A DNA stretch of 64,000 bases from contig LCKO01000001.1 in assembly GCA_001001485.1 (NCBI GenBank), forward strand, positions 9,381 to 73,380. Reading direction: 5' to 3'. The position numbers and the translations under genes were made by a program. Below the pieces are notes generated by a model. That model was not told where the DNA came from and searched no databases. It was given only the letters and a program-made list of their open reading frames with translations. Each line of letters starts with the position of its first letter. Positions within the stretch are counted from its first letter, which is position 1. The DNA comes from Candidatus Collierbacteria bacterium GW2011_GWB2_45_17. Lineage in GTDB: Bacteria; Patescibacteriota; Microgenomatia; UBA1400; MFAQ01. Shown one piece after another: positions 29,872-40,104 of the stretch.

Positions 29872-30811
29872 ATTCCCTCTCCAAAAAATACTGGGTCAAA
29901 CAAAAGCGGTATTCACTTTCCCGTTTAAATGGTTTCACCATTTTCTTTTGTTTCTGAGTCAGTTTTTCAAAATCTTTTTCGGTCAAGTGGGCCAGTATCA
30001 GGACATCACTTCGTCTCAGTTCTATACCCGTCTCTTTCTTTATTTGCTCTAGTATCTCTATCTGTACCGGCGCGTATTTTTGATAAACATAATCGGCGGT
30101 GAAAGTACTAAATACTTTATCGGCGATAATTAAGGACAAAATATTCTTAAACCACTTGGTGCCATAAAGAGTCTTTACCGGCTCCCGGGTGAAGGTAAAT
30201 CCAACTCGATAGTAAAACAATCCAAAAGGTTTGCTCATCGAGGTTAATACCGCCACGATATTTGGATGGGTATAGTCGAATTTATGTCTCTTGGTCAAAC
30301 CTAAATATGCCAAATCCACAATTACTTTATGTCCCAGATCCGCAATTTGATTAATTAAAGTGTCCACCAAAATATTTCCATCTCTACCGGATGGATTTGA
30401 GATAAACCAATACCCCGGTTTCAATTTCATTATCGTTTCGAAATCCTCCGGTATTTCTTGTACTTTTAGGCCAAGGCCTACGGCGCATTCCCGATAACCC
30501 TCATACTCTCCCTCCAGAGTATAAATTGGTGACTCCGGATGGTCTTTTTTGATTCTCGAAAGCAGGTGATATATTCCCTCACTCGAGCCACCGGTGGGGT
30601 AGCGGTATTCAAAGCTTTCCAAACCCTGAACGTCTTTTTTATAGAAATTAATCATCTTCTCAATGATTGGTTTCTCGTAGTCATCGAGTCCCGGCTTAAT
30701 CGATTTCAAAAATTCTCCATGTGGGAACTCTGCTGTAATCTCCGAAATCAGTTTCCTAATTTCCGGAAAGTAGTAAGAATAAACGGCTCGAATCGCTTTT
30801 AATTTCTTCAT
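29861..30811 (-). CDS. Class I/II PLP-dependent aminotransferase-fold enzyme (HisC/CobD-like, short)
   Basis: ISNPSGRDGNILV (NPxNPTG-like) and SMSKPFGLFYYRVGF (PLP-lysine motif). The probable start is the internal Met giving a 4-nt ATGA overlap with the upstream radical SAM gene; the ORF track extends to 30838. Confidence 0.55.
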   Translation of the reverse strand: MKKLKAIRAVYSYYFPEIRKLISEITAEFPHGEFLKSIKPGLDDYEKPIIEKMINFYKKDVQGLESFEYRYPTGGSSEGIYHLLSRIKKDHPESPIYTLEGEYEGYRECAVGLGLKVQEIPEDFETIMKLKPGYWFISNPSGRDGNILVDTLINQIADLGHKVIVDLAYLGLTKRHKFDYTHPNIVAVLTSMSKPFGLFYYRVGFTFTREPVKTLYGTKWFKNILSLIIADKVFSTFTADYVYQKYAPVQIEILEQIKKETGIELRRSDVLILAHLTEKDFEKLTQKQKKMVKPFKRESEYRFCLTQYFLEREFIA

Positions 30812-31683
30812 AGAATAATTGCCCCTTTGTATTGCCAATCAAATCGAATGTGTCCGTCGGGGAAGAAGATCATCTGTCGAATGTCATCCGTTCCGGGTTT
30901 TATCGTTAGAGCATCTGTCAAACAAACATTTTGTCCGGCGACATCATAGATTCTTGAGTTGTGTTCGTAAGAAAGAAGTAATCTCCCTTCCTTTTCCAGC
31001 CAGTCATTTATGTCCGCAATTTTCTTAGGAGTTAGCATCATCTTCACCGTATCTGTTTTATATTTCTCACTTTCCGAATTTTCCGGCGCAGCCACCGGTC
31101 TCAGAGACACTTGCTCCACTCCCCACTTGTTAGCCATCTCCACCATTTTTTTGGCCTCTTTGGGAGTGTCGATATGATCTTTGATCAGGACTACCGAAAA
31201 TCTTACGGAGTAGCCAATTTTATGCAGTTTGGCGATTATCTTTCCCAAATCCGGATATATTTTTTTACCGGGCACATAATTGGCTCTATTTTTCTCCGGA
31301 TCATAGTGCACCACCGATATCGAGATAATGGACAATCCAAGTTCAAACCACTCTTTTAAATATTTCTCATAACTTTTTTCTTGTTCGGAAAACAAAATAG
31401 CATTTGTCTGTAGTTCCAGAATAGGGAAGTCATATTTCTGAAGGTGTTTCAAATATTCGGTCAGCTGATCGGGGTATAAAGTCGGCTCACCCTTGCCGGT
31501 AAGCAGTACTGTCGTAATGTTATTTATCTGGGCAATCCTACAAGCTTTGTGAAAGTTGTGCCAGTTTATCAAGGTGGGTTTGGTGCCAATTCCCCTTATT
31601 CCCGTCATTTTCGAAACACAAAAGGGACAACTGGCATTACAAATGGCATTCCCCGACACTACCGTAAAAGTCTGTATCTTCAT
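30808..31683 (-). CDS. Radical SAM enzyme
   Basis: CNASCPFC (CxxxCxxC) near the N-terminus, TVLLTGKGEPTLYP glycine-rich SAM motif; 291 aa, no SPASM extension. Confidence 0.65.
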   Translation of the reverse strand: MKIQTFTVVSGNAICNASCPFCVSKMTGIRGIGTKPTLINWHNFHKACRIAQINNITTVLLTGKGEPTLYPDQLTEYLKHLQKYDFPILELQTNAILFSEQEKSYEKYLKEWFELGLSIISISVVHYDPEKNRANYVPGKKIYPDLGKIIAKLHKIGYSVRFSVVLIKDHIDTPKEAKKMVEMANKWGVEQVSLRPVAAPENSESEKYKTDTVKMMLTPKKIADINDWLEKEGRLLLSYEHNSRIYDVAGQNVCLTDALTIKPGTDDIRQMIFFPDGHIRFDWQYKGAIIL

Positions 31684-31801
31684 CTTAGTGTATATATTAC
31701 ACTAATAAAGAAGAATTGTCAAATATATCCAATTTAGCCACTATATACCTAGTGGAGTATAATCACCTTAGTACATTTCCAAACTCTTACGGAGGTAAAT
31801 C

Positions 31802-32233
31802 ATGTTTGAATGGTTATTTGGTTATAAAATTGATCCTCAAACCACGGTTGAGTGTTGGTTCCTTGAGTCCTATTCCATTACAGAAGAAAGTGCCAAGGGA
31901 AATCGTACTTTGGCCTACACCACCACTTGGAAAGAATACCAGTACAAGAGCCTTATCCATCCGAAGAACAAATTCGGTCCGAAAGATACCTTAGTGGTCA
32001 TAGGTCTTAACGTCAATCTAACCTCAGATTATAATTTTTTCACAAAGGAAGATTTCGAAAACCGAGCCAAGAATGTGCCAATCAGGAACGAAGAGGAGAG
32101 AGCTGCCTGGATCGATCGCATGCTTGAAACTCTTCCTTCAAAAAAAGAAAGTTTGGACAAATTAATTACGAAAATTGAGTCTTTGCGGGAAGGACTTTCC
32201 ACACTCGTCGATGAGCTACATTCACTTTCCTAG
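31802..32233 (+). CDS. Hypothetical protein with a canonical SD (GGAGG)
   Basis: 143 aa; SD 7 nt upstream of the ATG; its leader is duplicated upstream of the MttB gene. Confidence 0.4.
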   Translation: MFEWLFGYKIDPQTTVECWFLESYSITEESAKGNRTLAYTTTWKEYQYKSLIHPKNKFGPKDTLVVIGLNVNLTSDYNFFTKEDFENRAKNVPIRNEEERAAWIDRMLETLPSKKESLDKLITKIESLREGLSTLVDELHSLS

Positions 32234-32243
32234 AAGATAATTT

Positions 32244-32272
32244 AAAACCCCGATCAATTTTCGGGGTTTTTT
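32244..32272 (+). terminator. Intrinsic terminator AAAACCCCGATCAATTTTCGGGGTTTTTT
   Basis: GC stem then T-tract directly after the 32233 stop. Confidence 0.6.
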
Positions 32273-32338
32273 GTGCCTAATCATAAAGCGTATAATCACG
32301 CCAGTACATTTCCAATTTATTCTTCCAAAGGAGGCTCT

Positions 32339-33796
32339 ATGAAGCCAAAACTGACCTTGCTCGATGATGAATTGATTGCACGCGTCACTGACGAAGCTTT
32401 TCAATTATTGATGAGTCCGGGAATCAAAGTCCAAAATGTCGAAGCCCGTGAGCTACTTCGCTCCGCCGGAGCCGAAGTCGACGAGACCACTCTGGTTGCC
32501 CGGATTCCGAAATCTCTGGTCTTCACATCCCTCAAAACCGTGCCTCGTCATTTTCATCTTTATGATTATCAAGGCAACCAAAAAGTTCACTACGGCGGCG
32601 ACTCGGTTCACTTCGATCCAGGCTCCTCAGGCACCAATATTTTAGACACGGTGACTTTAGAGCATCGGCCAGCGCAAACTCAAGATCTTCTTCGGGTTAT
32701 CAAAGTGGTCGAAGGTCTTTCCGAGTACGACGCTCAGTCCACGGCTATTGTTTGTAGCGATGTGCCGAAAGAGATCCAAGATCTCTATCGCTTATATCTG
32801 GTTTTACTTTTCTCCGGGAAACCCATCGTCACCGGAGCCTTCTCCAATGAGAACGTCGAGCACATGATCGATATACTGGCCATCATTCCCGGTAGCCGCG
32901 AAAATCTGCGGCGTTTCCCCCGTGCCATATTCGATGTTTGCCCGTCGCCTCCACTCATTTGGTCCAATTTTGGCTCAGGCAATCTTATTGCTCTGGCGCG
33001 TGCCGGCGTTCCGGCCGAAATGGTTTCTATGCCCCTTGCTGGTGTGGCCGCCCCCGTGACCCTCATTGGCTCCGTCACTCAGCACGCGGCCGAGTGCCTC
33101 AGTGGGATCGTCATTCACCAATTAGCCGAAGCCGGCTCTCCCATTGTTTGGGGAGGTGCTCCGGCCATCTTCGACATGCGCAAAGGTGGCACTCCCATGG
33201 GTGCGATCGAGACCGCTATGATCGATAGCTCATATACCCAAGTCGGTAAATCCTTGGGACTTCCCACCCACGCCTATTTAGGCGGTTCCGATTCTAAGTT
33301 GGTCGACGGTCAAGCCGGCTTCGAAAGTGGCATGTCCATTCTTGTGGGCGCCCTCAGCGGTATCAATATGATCTCCGGTGCAGGTATGATCGACTCGCTT
33401 CTTTGTATGAGTCCGGAAAAACTGGTTATCGATGCCGAGTGCATTGCCATGGCTCGTCGAATGCTGAGGGGAATCGACACTCCGACCGAGACTCTAGCCT
33501 CAGGCTTTTATGAAGGTATAGACTTCAAAGGAAACTTTCTCAAGCAGAGAATTACCTCTGACCTATTCCGAAAGGAACAGCATCTCCCCAGCTCGGTAGT
33601 AGATCGGGATTCAGTTCGCGGCTGGAAAGCTTCAGGCAGTCTGGATACTTTTGCCCGAGCCAAGCTCGAGGTTGATAGACTTGTTGCCTCTTATCATCGT
33701 CCACAGCTAGACCCTTCTCAGGAAAAAGCCATTCGCGATCTTGTTGCCTCCTTCGCCCGCGAGGCCGGTATGCCCGCTCTCCCCCCTCTAGACTAA
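32339..33796 (+). CDS. MttB-superfamily (trimethylamine / glycine-betaine:corrinoid) methyltransferase, non-Pyl form
   Basis: Collinear similarity to MttB: AECLSGIVIHQL, GGAPAIFDMRKGGTPMG, LVIDAECIAMARRMLRGIDTPTETLA. The gene is visibly more GC-rich than its neighbours. SD AAAGGAGG upstream of the Met at 32339; the ORF-track ORF starts at 32273. Confidence 0.75.
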   Translation: MKPKLTLLDDELIARVTDEAFQLLMSPGIKVQNVEARELLRSAGAEVDETTLVARIPKSLVFTSLKTVPRHFHLYDYQGNQKVHYGGDSVHFDPGSSGTNILDTVTLEHRPAQTQDLLRVIKVVEGLSEYDAQSTAIVCSDVPKEIQDLYRLYLVLLFSGKPIVTGAFSNENVEHMIDILAIIPGSRENLRRFPRAIFDVCPSPPLIWSNFGSGNLIALARAGVPAEMVSMPLAGVAAPVTLIGSVTQHAAECLSGIVIHQLAEAGSPIVWGGAPAIFDMRKGGTPMGAIETAMIDSSYTQVGKSLGLPTHAYLGGSDSKLVDGQAGFESGMSILVGALSGINMISGAGMIDSLLCMSPEKLVIDAECIAMARRMLRGIDTPTETLASGFYEGIDFKGNFLKQRITSDLFRKEQHLPSSVVDRDSVRGWKASGSLDTFARAKLEVDRLVASYHRPQLDPSQEKAIRDLVASFAREAGMPALPPLD

Positions 33797-33839
33797 ATAC
33801 TTGCTAAACTACAAACAAATACCTTAAAAAAGGAGAAAA

Positions 33840-34328
33840 ATGTCTAAGTACTACGACATTGTAGTTATCAAAAGTTTCTCTATGGTTGCAGATGAATCGA
33901 CGGATGAAATTTTCAGAATGAACTTCGCTAAAGATGTCAGATCAAAACGCCTCGTTATAACTCATGCTCATCAATTAATAATTTTTAGCGTAGAGGCTAA
34001 AAGAATTGATCTCAATGCTGTCAAACGATTTGAAAATTTCCTCAGATCAAACGGTTTCACCAAGCTTTTTTCGGCAGTATACTCAGATAAAATGTCTGAT
34101 CTAGACGCCCGCTTCTTTACGATCAGATTGCATTCCAAGAATTTTTCCGATATGAAAGATCTGCTAATTTCCAAAATCGAAAAAGCCATCGGTGGAAAAC
34201 TCAAGGTTTACCACGACGAAATATACTATTTTCATTTGACCAAGTCCCAAATAAAGTCCAGACGTTTGGTTAGGCTAATAGACGATCTAGTCTTCTCTCC
34301 CGCAATCGAAATAGTCATCTGTATCTAA
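33840..34328 (+). CDS. Hypothetical protein (SD AGGAG upstream)
   Basis: 162 aa ORF with an SD. Confidence 0.4.
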   Translation: MSKYYDIVVIKSFSMVADESTDEIFRMNFAKDVRSKRLVITHAHQLIIFSVEAKRIDLNAVKRFENFLRSNGFTKLFSAVYSDKMSDLDARFFTIRLHSKNFSDMKDLLISKIEKAIGGKLKVYHDEIYYFHLTKSQIKSRRLVRLIDDLVFSPAIEIVICI

Positions 34329-34354
34329 CACTCCTCACAAGGGGGTGTTTTTTT
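34328..34354 (+). terminator. Intrinsic terminator ACACTCCTCACAAGGGGGTGTTTTTTT
   Basis: 7-bp stem with one G-U pair, plus T-tract. Confidence 0.45.
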
Positions 34355-34497
34355 GGCACAATAAAGTCTAGCTATTTGCCAGACTCCTTCTTGAAAAACT
34401 TCTTCACTCTCTGGTGGGCGCCTTTTGGGGCACGTTCGTAGGGGCGGGGTTTCCCCGTCCAACAACAACCCCAAAGAAAATTTGCTAACATAAATTC

Positions 34498-34827
34498 ATG
34501 TCCTCTGTCGATTTTTACCTCGACCATCGCAACAATAGTCCTGTCAGTGACTTTTTAGACAAAAACAAAGAGGTCAAAGTCAAAGCTTTAATTATCATCA
34601 AAAACATCATCGAGTTTGGCCTTTCCACCGCCATTCCCCACATCAAGAAACTCTCGGGTCTTCCTCTCTGGGAAATTCGTATCTTAGGCAAAAGCAACGC
34701 TCGCATTCTTTATGTCCACAAGGTTAAGAATCAAATAATTCTCCTCCACGCTTTCAAAAAGAAAACTAACAAAACTCCCACCAAAGAAACAAACATCGCT
34801 CTCAATCGCCTCAAAGATATCACTTGA
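34498..34827 (+). CDS. HigB-like toxin (Gp49-like/DUF891), second copy
   Basis: LWEIRILGKSNARILYVHKVKNQIILLHAFKKKTNKTPTKE. Confidence 0.65.
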   Translation: MSSVDFYLDHRNNSPVSDFLDKNKEVKVKALIIIKNIIEFGLSTAIPHIKKLSGLPLWEIRILGKSNARILYVHKVKNQIILLHAFKKKTNKTPTKETNIALNRLKDIT

Positions 34828-34860
34828 CATCTATATCCTATACGATATACAATTAGAACC

Positions 34861-35139
34861 ATGAACCTCCTCTCTTTTGACCAATATTTATCTGATAGCC
34901 TCAAAGATCCAGCATTCAAGAAACTCTGGGAAAAAGCCGACCCTGAATACCAGCTCTCCAGGCAAATAATCAAGGCCAGACTAGAGGCAAAAATGTCTCA
35001 AAAAGACCTCGCCAAAAAGGCTCACACCACTCAAGCCATCATTTCTCGTCTCGAAAACTCCAGCTTCAACCCCTCCCTCTCATTTCTCAAAAAAATCGCC
35101 ATTGCTCTCAACACCCCTCTCCATATCTCTCTTCCCTAA
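34861..35139 (+). CDS. HTH XRE-family antitoxin (HigA-like), second copy
   Basis: MSQKDLAKKAHTTQAIISRLE HTH; paralog of 5777-6067. Confidence 0.65.
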   Translation: MNLLSFDQYLSDSLKDPAFKKLWEKADPEYQLSRQIIKARLEAKMSQKDLAKKAHTTQAIISRLENSSFNPSLSFLKKIAIALNTPLHISLP

Positions 35140-35155
35140 CCTGTAAATCTCTCCC

Positions 35156-35180
35156 GCTCACCTCATTGGTGGGCTTTTTG
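35156..35180 (+). terminator. Terminator-like hairpin GCTCACCTCATTGGTGGGCTTTTT
   Basis: 7-bp stem plus T-tract between the antitoxin and fusA. Confidence 0.35.
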
Positions 35181-35196
35181 TGGTAAAATTAGCCTC

Positions 35197-37317
35197 GTGA
35201 ATATTGTCGGAAAAAAAGTTCCCCTTGATCGTGTTAGAAATACGGGTATTATCGCGCACATCGATGCCGGCAAGACCACCACTACCGAACGTATTCTTTT
35301 TTATACCGGTAAGTCATATAAAATTGGCGATATCGATGATGGTAATACCCAGATGGACTGGATGGACCAAGAAAAAGAGCGGGGTATAACGATCGTCTCC
35401 GCGGCCACCACCGCTTTTTGGACCCCTGTTTTGCCCCATGCCCGCTTCAAAGAAGAGCATCGCTTCAACATCATTGATACTCCGGGCCACGTCGATTTTA
35501 CGGCTGAGGTCGAGCGTTCTCTTCGTGTTCTCGATGGAGGCGTTATTGTTCTGGATGCCGGCTCCGGTGTCCAGTCTCAAACCGAAACCGTTTGGCGTCA
35601 AGCCGACAAATACCACGTTCCTCGCATTGCTTTTATCAACAAAATGGACGTTCTGGGAGCCGATTACATGGCTACCATCAAGGATGTGCATGAGAAACTC
35701 GGTGCCAAAACGGCCGTCATGGCTCTGCCTCTAGGTGTCGAAAACACTTTCCGCGGTATTGTTCTCCTTCTCGAGAGGGAAACTATTGTCTGGAAAGGCG
35801 ACGAAACCGGTGCTCTGTACGAAGTTACCGAAGGCTTCCCTGAGGAGATGAAAGACGAGTGTGAGCTCGAACGTGCCAAATTGATCGAATCCATTGTCGA
35901 ATTTGATGAAGTCCTCATGGGCGAGTATCTTGATGGTCAAGAACCGAGCCTGGACGCCCTCAAGACCGCTCTCCGGACAGCCACCTGTGCCAATCAGATC
36001 GTTCCTGTCTTTCCCGGTTCGTCCCTTCGCAACAAAGGCGTCCAGCCTCTTCTTGACGCCGTGGTTGATTTTTTACCTTCCCCACTAGACAAGCCCACCA
36101 TTACCGGTACCAATCCCGAAACCAACGAAGAGGAAACTCGTCTAGCCGACCCTGCCGAACCTTTCTCAGCCCTAGCTTTCAAGATTCAGGCCGATCCTCA
36201 TGTTGGTAAGCTGACTTATCTTAGAATATACTCCGGCAAAATTACCTCAGGTTCATTTGTTTATAATGCCTCCAAGCGCGAGCGCGAGAGACTTGGTCGT
36301 TTGATGCTCATGCACGCCAACACTCGTGAAGAAGTTAGCGAAGCCGGTGCCGGAGAAATTGTCGGCGTCGTCGGTCTCAAAGCCACCAAAACCGGCGACA
36401 CTCTTTGCGACGAATACAAGCCCTTGGTTCTGGAATCCATCAATTTTCCTGATCCGGTCATTTCTCTAGCCATTGAGCCCAAAACCAAAGCCGATCAAGA
36501 AAAGCTGGATGTGGCTCTGAGTCGTCTAGCCGAGGAAGATCCCACTTTCCGCATCAAAACCGATCACGAAACCGGCCAAACCGTTATCTCCGGCATGGGT
36601 GAACTTCATCTGGAAATATTGGTTGACCGTCTTCGCCGTGAGTTTAAGGTCGAGGCCTCTACCGGTGCTCCTCAAGTGGCTTACCGCGAAACTATCACCA
36701 AACCAGCTCGAGGAGAAGGTAAGTACATCCGCCAATCAGGTGGTCGAGGCCAATATGGTCACTGTATTCTCGTCATTACTCCCAAAACCAGAGGAGAGGG
36801 TTTTACTTTTACCAACAAGATCGTTGGCGGCACCATTCCCAAGGAATTTATCTCCCCAATCGAAAAAGGTGTTCGTGAAGCTCTCGACAACGGTGTTATT
36901 TCCGGTTTCCCTTTGGTTGATCTTGACGTCGCTGTTATAGACGGTTCCTTTCATGAGGTGGACTCTTCCGAAATGTCTTTCAAGATTGCCGGTTCCATGG
37001 CTCTTCAGGACGCCGTCAAAGCCGCCGGGCCGGTCATCCTCGAACCGATTATGAAGGTAGAAGTTACCACTCCCGAAGGTAACATGGGTGACATTATCGG
37101 GGACCTTTCCTCTCGCCGGGCCCAAATCGCCGGTTCCGCCCAACGGGGCAACGCTCGAGTTATCACCGCCACCGTGCCTCTTTCGGAGCTTTCCGCCTAC
37201 GCCACCGCCATTCGTTCTTTAACCGCCGGCCGAGCCAACTACTACATGGAACCCAGTCATTATCAGGAGCTTCCAAACAGTTTGGCGGCCAAGTTATTGA
37301 AAAACCCGACAAACTAG
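35197..37317 (+). CDS. fusA: Elongation factor G
   Basis: GTG start; [10 protein letters not shown]-domain motifs; 706 aa. Confidence 0.9.
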   Translation: MNIVGKKVPLDRVRNTGIIAHIDAGKTTTTERILFYTGKSYKIGDIDDGNTQMDWMDQEKERGITIVSAATTAFWTPVLPHARFKEEHRFNIIDTPGHVDFTAEVERSLRVLDGGVIVLDAGSGVQSQTETVWRQADKYHVPRIAFINKMDVLGADYMATIKDVHEKLGAKTAVMALPLGVENTFRGIVLLLERETIVWKGDETGALYEVTEGFPEEMKDECELERAKLIESIVEFDEVLMGEYLDGQEPSLDALKTALRTATCANQIVPVFPGSSLRNKGVQPLLDAVVDFLPSPLDKPTITGTNPETNEEETRLADPAEPFSALAFKIQADPHVGKLTYLRIYSGKITSGSFVYNASKRERERLGRLMLMHANTREEVSEAGAGEIVGVVGLKATKTGDTLCDEYKPLVLESINFPDPVISLAIEPKTKADQEKLDVALSRLAEEDPTFRIKTDHETGQTVISGMGELHLEILVDRLRREFKVEASTGAPQVAYRETITKPARGEGKYIRQSGGRGQYGHCILVITPKTRGEGFTFTNKIVGGTIPKEFISPIEKGVREALDNGVISGFPLVDLDVAVIDGSFHEVDSSEMSFKIAGSMALQDAVKAAGPVILEPIMKVEVTTPEGNMGDIIGDLSSRRAQIAGSAQRGNARVITATVPLSELSAYATAIRSLTAGRANYYMEPSHYQELPNSLAAKLLKNPTN

Positions 37318-37384
37318 AGTAAAATCTGCTAAAATAAATAGGCTCGAAAAAAAGTAATTATAAAATATTAAACAATTAAACAAA

Positions 37385-38560
37385 ATGGCAACATATCAAA
37401 GAACCAAACCCCACGTTAATATTGGCACCATCGGTCACGTTGACCACGGCAAGACGACCCTTACTGCCGCCATTACCACTACTTTAGCCACCGCCGGCTT
37501 AGCCACAGCGCTTCCCTTTGATCAGATCGATAAATCTCCAGAGGAGAGAGAACGTGGAGTTACGATTCAGATTTCTCACGTCCCTTACGAAACCAAAAAA
37601 CGCCACTACGCCCACATCGATTGCCCGGGTCACCGAGACTACATCAAAAATATGATCACCGGTGCCGCTCAGATGGATGGTGCTATCTTGGTCGTCGCCG
37701 CTACCGATGGCCCTATGCCTCAAACCAACGAGCACTTGCTTTTGGCCAAACAAGTTAATGTTCCCAGATTAGTCGTCGCTCTCAACAAAATCGACGCTGT
37801 TTCCGATCCCGAACTCATCGAGCTGGTGGAGATGGAAATCCGCGAAAAACTAAAAAAATACGGTTTTGAAGAGGACACTCCCATTATCCGAGTTTCCGCT
37901 CTTAAAGCACTTGAAGGCGACAAAGATGCTCAAGCAGACATCATGAAACTCATGGACACGGTTGATGAATGGATCCCGGATCCGGTTCGTGAACTCGACA
38001 AACCCTTCCTCATGCCTGTTGAAGATGTTTTCTCAATCAAAGGTCGAGGTACTGTGGTTACCGGTCGTATCGAAACCGGTGTCGTTAAAGTTGGTGAAGA
38101 AATTGAAATCGTCGGTATCAAAGATACTCGTAAATCCGTTATTACCGGTGTGGAAATGTTCCACCAACAGCTTGAGCAAGGTCAAGCCGGTGACAACGTC
38201 GGTCTTTTGCTTCGCGGAATCGAAAAGGATGATGTCCAAAGAGGTCAAGTTCTATCCAAGCCTGGTTCGATCAAGCCTCACACCAAGTTCGAAGCCGAAG
38301 TTTATATCCTAGGCAAAGATGAAGGTGGCCGTCACACTCCTATGTTTACGGGCTACAAACCCCAGTTCTTCATCCGCACCACCGATGTTACCGGAGAAGT
38401 CAAACTGGCCGAAGGTGTCGAAATGATCATGCCTGGAGACTACGCCAAGATGTCTGTCGAGCTTATTCAACCCATCGCCATGACCGATGGCCAGCGCTTC
38501 GCCATTCGCGAAGGCGGTCTAACCGTCGGAGCCGGGGCTATTACCAAGGTGATTGCCTAA
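37385..38560 (+). CDS. tuf: Elongation factor Tu
   Basis: [19 protein letters not shown] motifs. Confidence 0.95.
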   Translation: MATYQRTKPHVNIGTIGHVDHGKTTLTAAITTTLATAGLATALPFDQIDKSPEERERGVTIQISHVPYETKKRHYAHIDCPGHRDYIKNMITGAAQMDGAILVVAATDGPMPQTNEHLLLAKQVNVPRLVVALNKIDAVSDPELIELVEMEIREKLKKYGFEEDTPIIRVSALKALEGDKDAQADIMKLMDTVDEWIPDPVRELDKPFLMPVEDVFSIKGRGTVVTGRIETGVVKVGEEIEIVGIKDTRKSVITGVEMFHQQLEQGQAGDNVGLLLRGIEKDDVQRGQVLSKPGSIKPHTKFEAEVYILGKDEGGRHTPMFTGYKPQFFIRTTDVTGEVKLAEGVEMIMPGDYAKMSVELIQPIAMTDGQRFAIREGGLTVGAGAITKVIA

Positions 38561-38594
38561 GACAAAAGTAACCGCACCTTTATTCTTCTAGATC

Positions 38595-38906
38595 ATGACA
38601 GACCAACCACGCATTCGCGTCAAACTCAAGTCATTTGACCATCGGGTTATTGATGAAGCCGCCAAAAAGATTATTCAGGCCGCTTTAGTTTCCGGTGCCC
38701 AAGTGGTTGGACCTGTGCCTCTGCCCACCAAGAAGAAAGTTATCGTCGTTACTGCTTCTCCTCATACGGACAAAGATAGTCGCGAGCAGTTTGCCATCCT
38801 GACTCACAAGCGGTTAATCGATATTGTCAATCCAACCAATAAAACTATCGACTCACTTCAACATTTGGATCTCCCTGCCGGTGTCGGCATCGAAATTAAA
38901 ATGTAA
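38595..38906 (+). CDS. rpsJ: 30S ribosomal protein S10
   Basis: S10 signature. Confidence 0.9.
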   Translation: MTDQPRIRVKLKSFDHRVIDEAAKKIIQAALVSGAQVVGPVPLPTKKKVIVVTASPHTDKDSREQFAILTHKRLIDIVNPTNKTIDSLQHLDLPAGVGIEIKM

Positions 38907-38938
38907 ATATATGTCGAAAACATTAAATAATTACAAAT

Positions 38939-39505
38939 ATGTTAAATCAAGTATACGCCACCAAAAAGGCCATGACTCAGGCCTTCTCGGAAGGAAAGCG
39001 GATCCCCTTGACCGTTCTGACGGTGGTTCCTCACGTAGTTATCGCCCATAAAACCGTTGAGAAAGATGGCTACTCTGCCGTCATTTTGAGTGTTCGCCCC
39101 AAAAAGATTAAAGAAGTTTTGTCTCACGACGTTCTTGAATCAAAAACCGAAATTAATCTTTCCGAAATTCTCATTCCAGGTTCCACTGTTAGTGTGATGG
39201 CCAGTTCCAAGGGCAAAGGCACTTCGGGAGTGATGAAACGTTGGGGCATGCATGGAGGCCCCAGAACTCATGGCCAGTCAGATCGGCAGCGAGCTCCCGG
39301 CTCCATCGGTCGTGGTACTACTCCGGGTCGAGTTCTTCCGGGTAAGCACATGGCCGGTCGAATGGGAAATACCAACACTTCAGTCAAAAATCTTAAAATC
39401 CATTCTTTTGATCCTGCCACCGGCATTCTTGAAATTACTGGCTGTATCTCCGGTGGTCGTGGAGCTCTGGCTTTGATTACCATCACCAAAAAATATGGCT
39501 ACTAA
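38939..39505 (+). CDS. rplC: 50S ribosomal protein L3
   Basis: L3 signature. Confidence 0.85.
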   Translation: MLNQVYATKKAMTQAFSEGKRIPLTVLTVVPHVVIAHKTVEKDGYSAVILSVRPKKIKEVLSHDVLESKTEINLSEILIPGSTVSVMASSKGKGTSGVMKRWGMHGGPRTHGQSDRQRAPGSIGRGTTPGRVLPGKHMAGRMGNTNTSVKNLKIHSFDPATGILEITGCISGGRGALALITITKKYGY

Positions 39506-40103
39506 AAAACCAACCACCACCATTTCGAACCAACCAGATCTTTCGGTGTTTGCTCAAGTAGAGGTCAAACCCTCCCTAATCACTCAAGCTTTACATGTTT
39601 ATCGCGAAAACAGTCATCGTGGTGTTTCTAAAACTAAAACCAGAGGCGAAATCAATGCCACCAAGAAAAAAGTTTATAAACAAAAAGGTACCGGTAACGC
39701 CCGTCACGGCGCCAAGTCTGCCCCTATTTTTGTTGGCGGTGGTGTCGTCTTTGGACCAACCGGTTTGAAGTCCGCTCCCAAGTCTCTCAATCAGAAAATG
39801 AAAGTCAAAGCTCTGGCAGGCATCCTCAGTCTTTATCAAAAGGAAAACCGTCTATCACTGGTCAGCGCCACCGAAATAAAAGAAACCTCTACCAAGTCGG
39901 CTCAAAAAGCTTTGGGTAGGGATGAGGCCGCTTTTGTGTTCTTCTCCGAAAAACCCGGCCTTCTGAAAGCCGTTTCCAACCTGGAAAATATTATTATTCT
40001 TTCGGCCAGACGCTTAAATGTTTACTCGGTCGCGAGCTCCCCCAAAATATTCTTGACTACCTCGGCCTACGAACACTTGATTACTCGATTAAAACTTATC
40101 TAA
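39495..40103 (+). CDS. rplD: 50S ribosomal protein L4
   Basis: L4 signature. Confidence 0.85.
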   Translation: MATKKPTTTISNQPDLSVFAQVEVKPSLITQALHVYRENSHRGVSKTKTRGEINATKKKVYKQKGTGNARHGAKSAPIFVGGGVVFGPTGLKSAPKSLNQKMKVKALAGILSLYQKENRLSLVSATEIKETSTKSAQKALGRDEAAFVFFSEKPGLLKAVSNLENIIILSARRLNVYSVASSPKIFLTTSAYEHLITRLKLI

Positions 40104-40104
40104 A

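Noticed and set aside
32222-32404. Minus-strand ORF overlapping the MttB promoter/leader and start
   Set aside because: It overlaps a terminator, an SD and the start of a strongly supported gene, and has no features of its own
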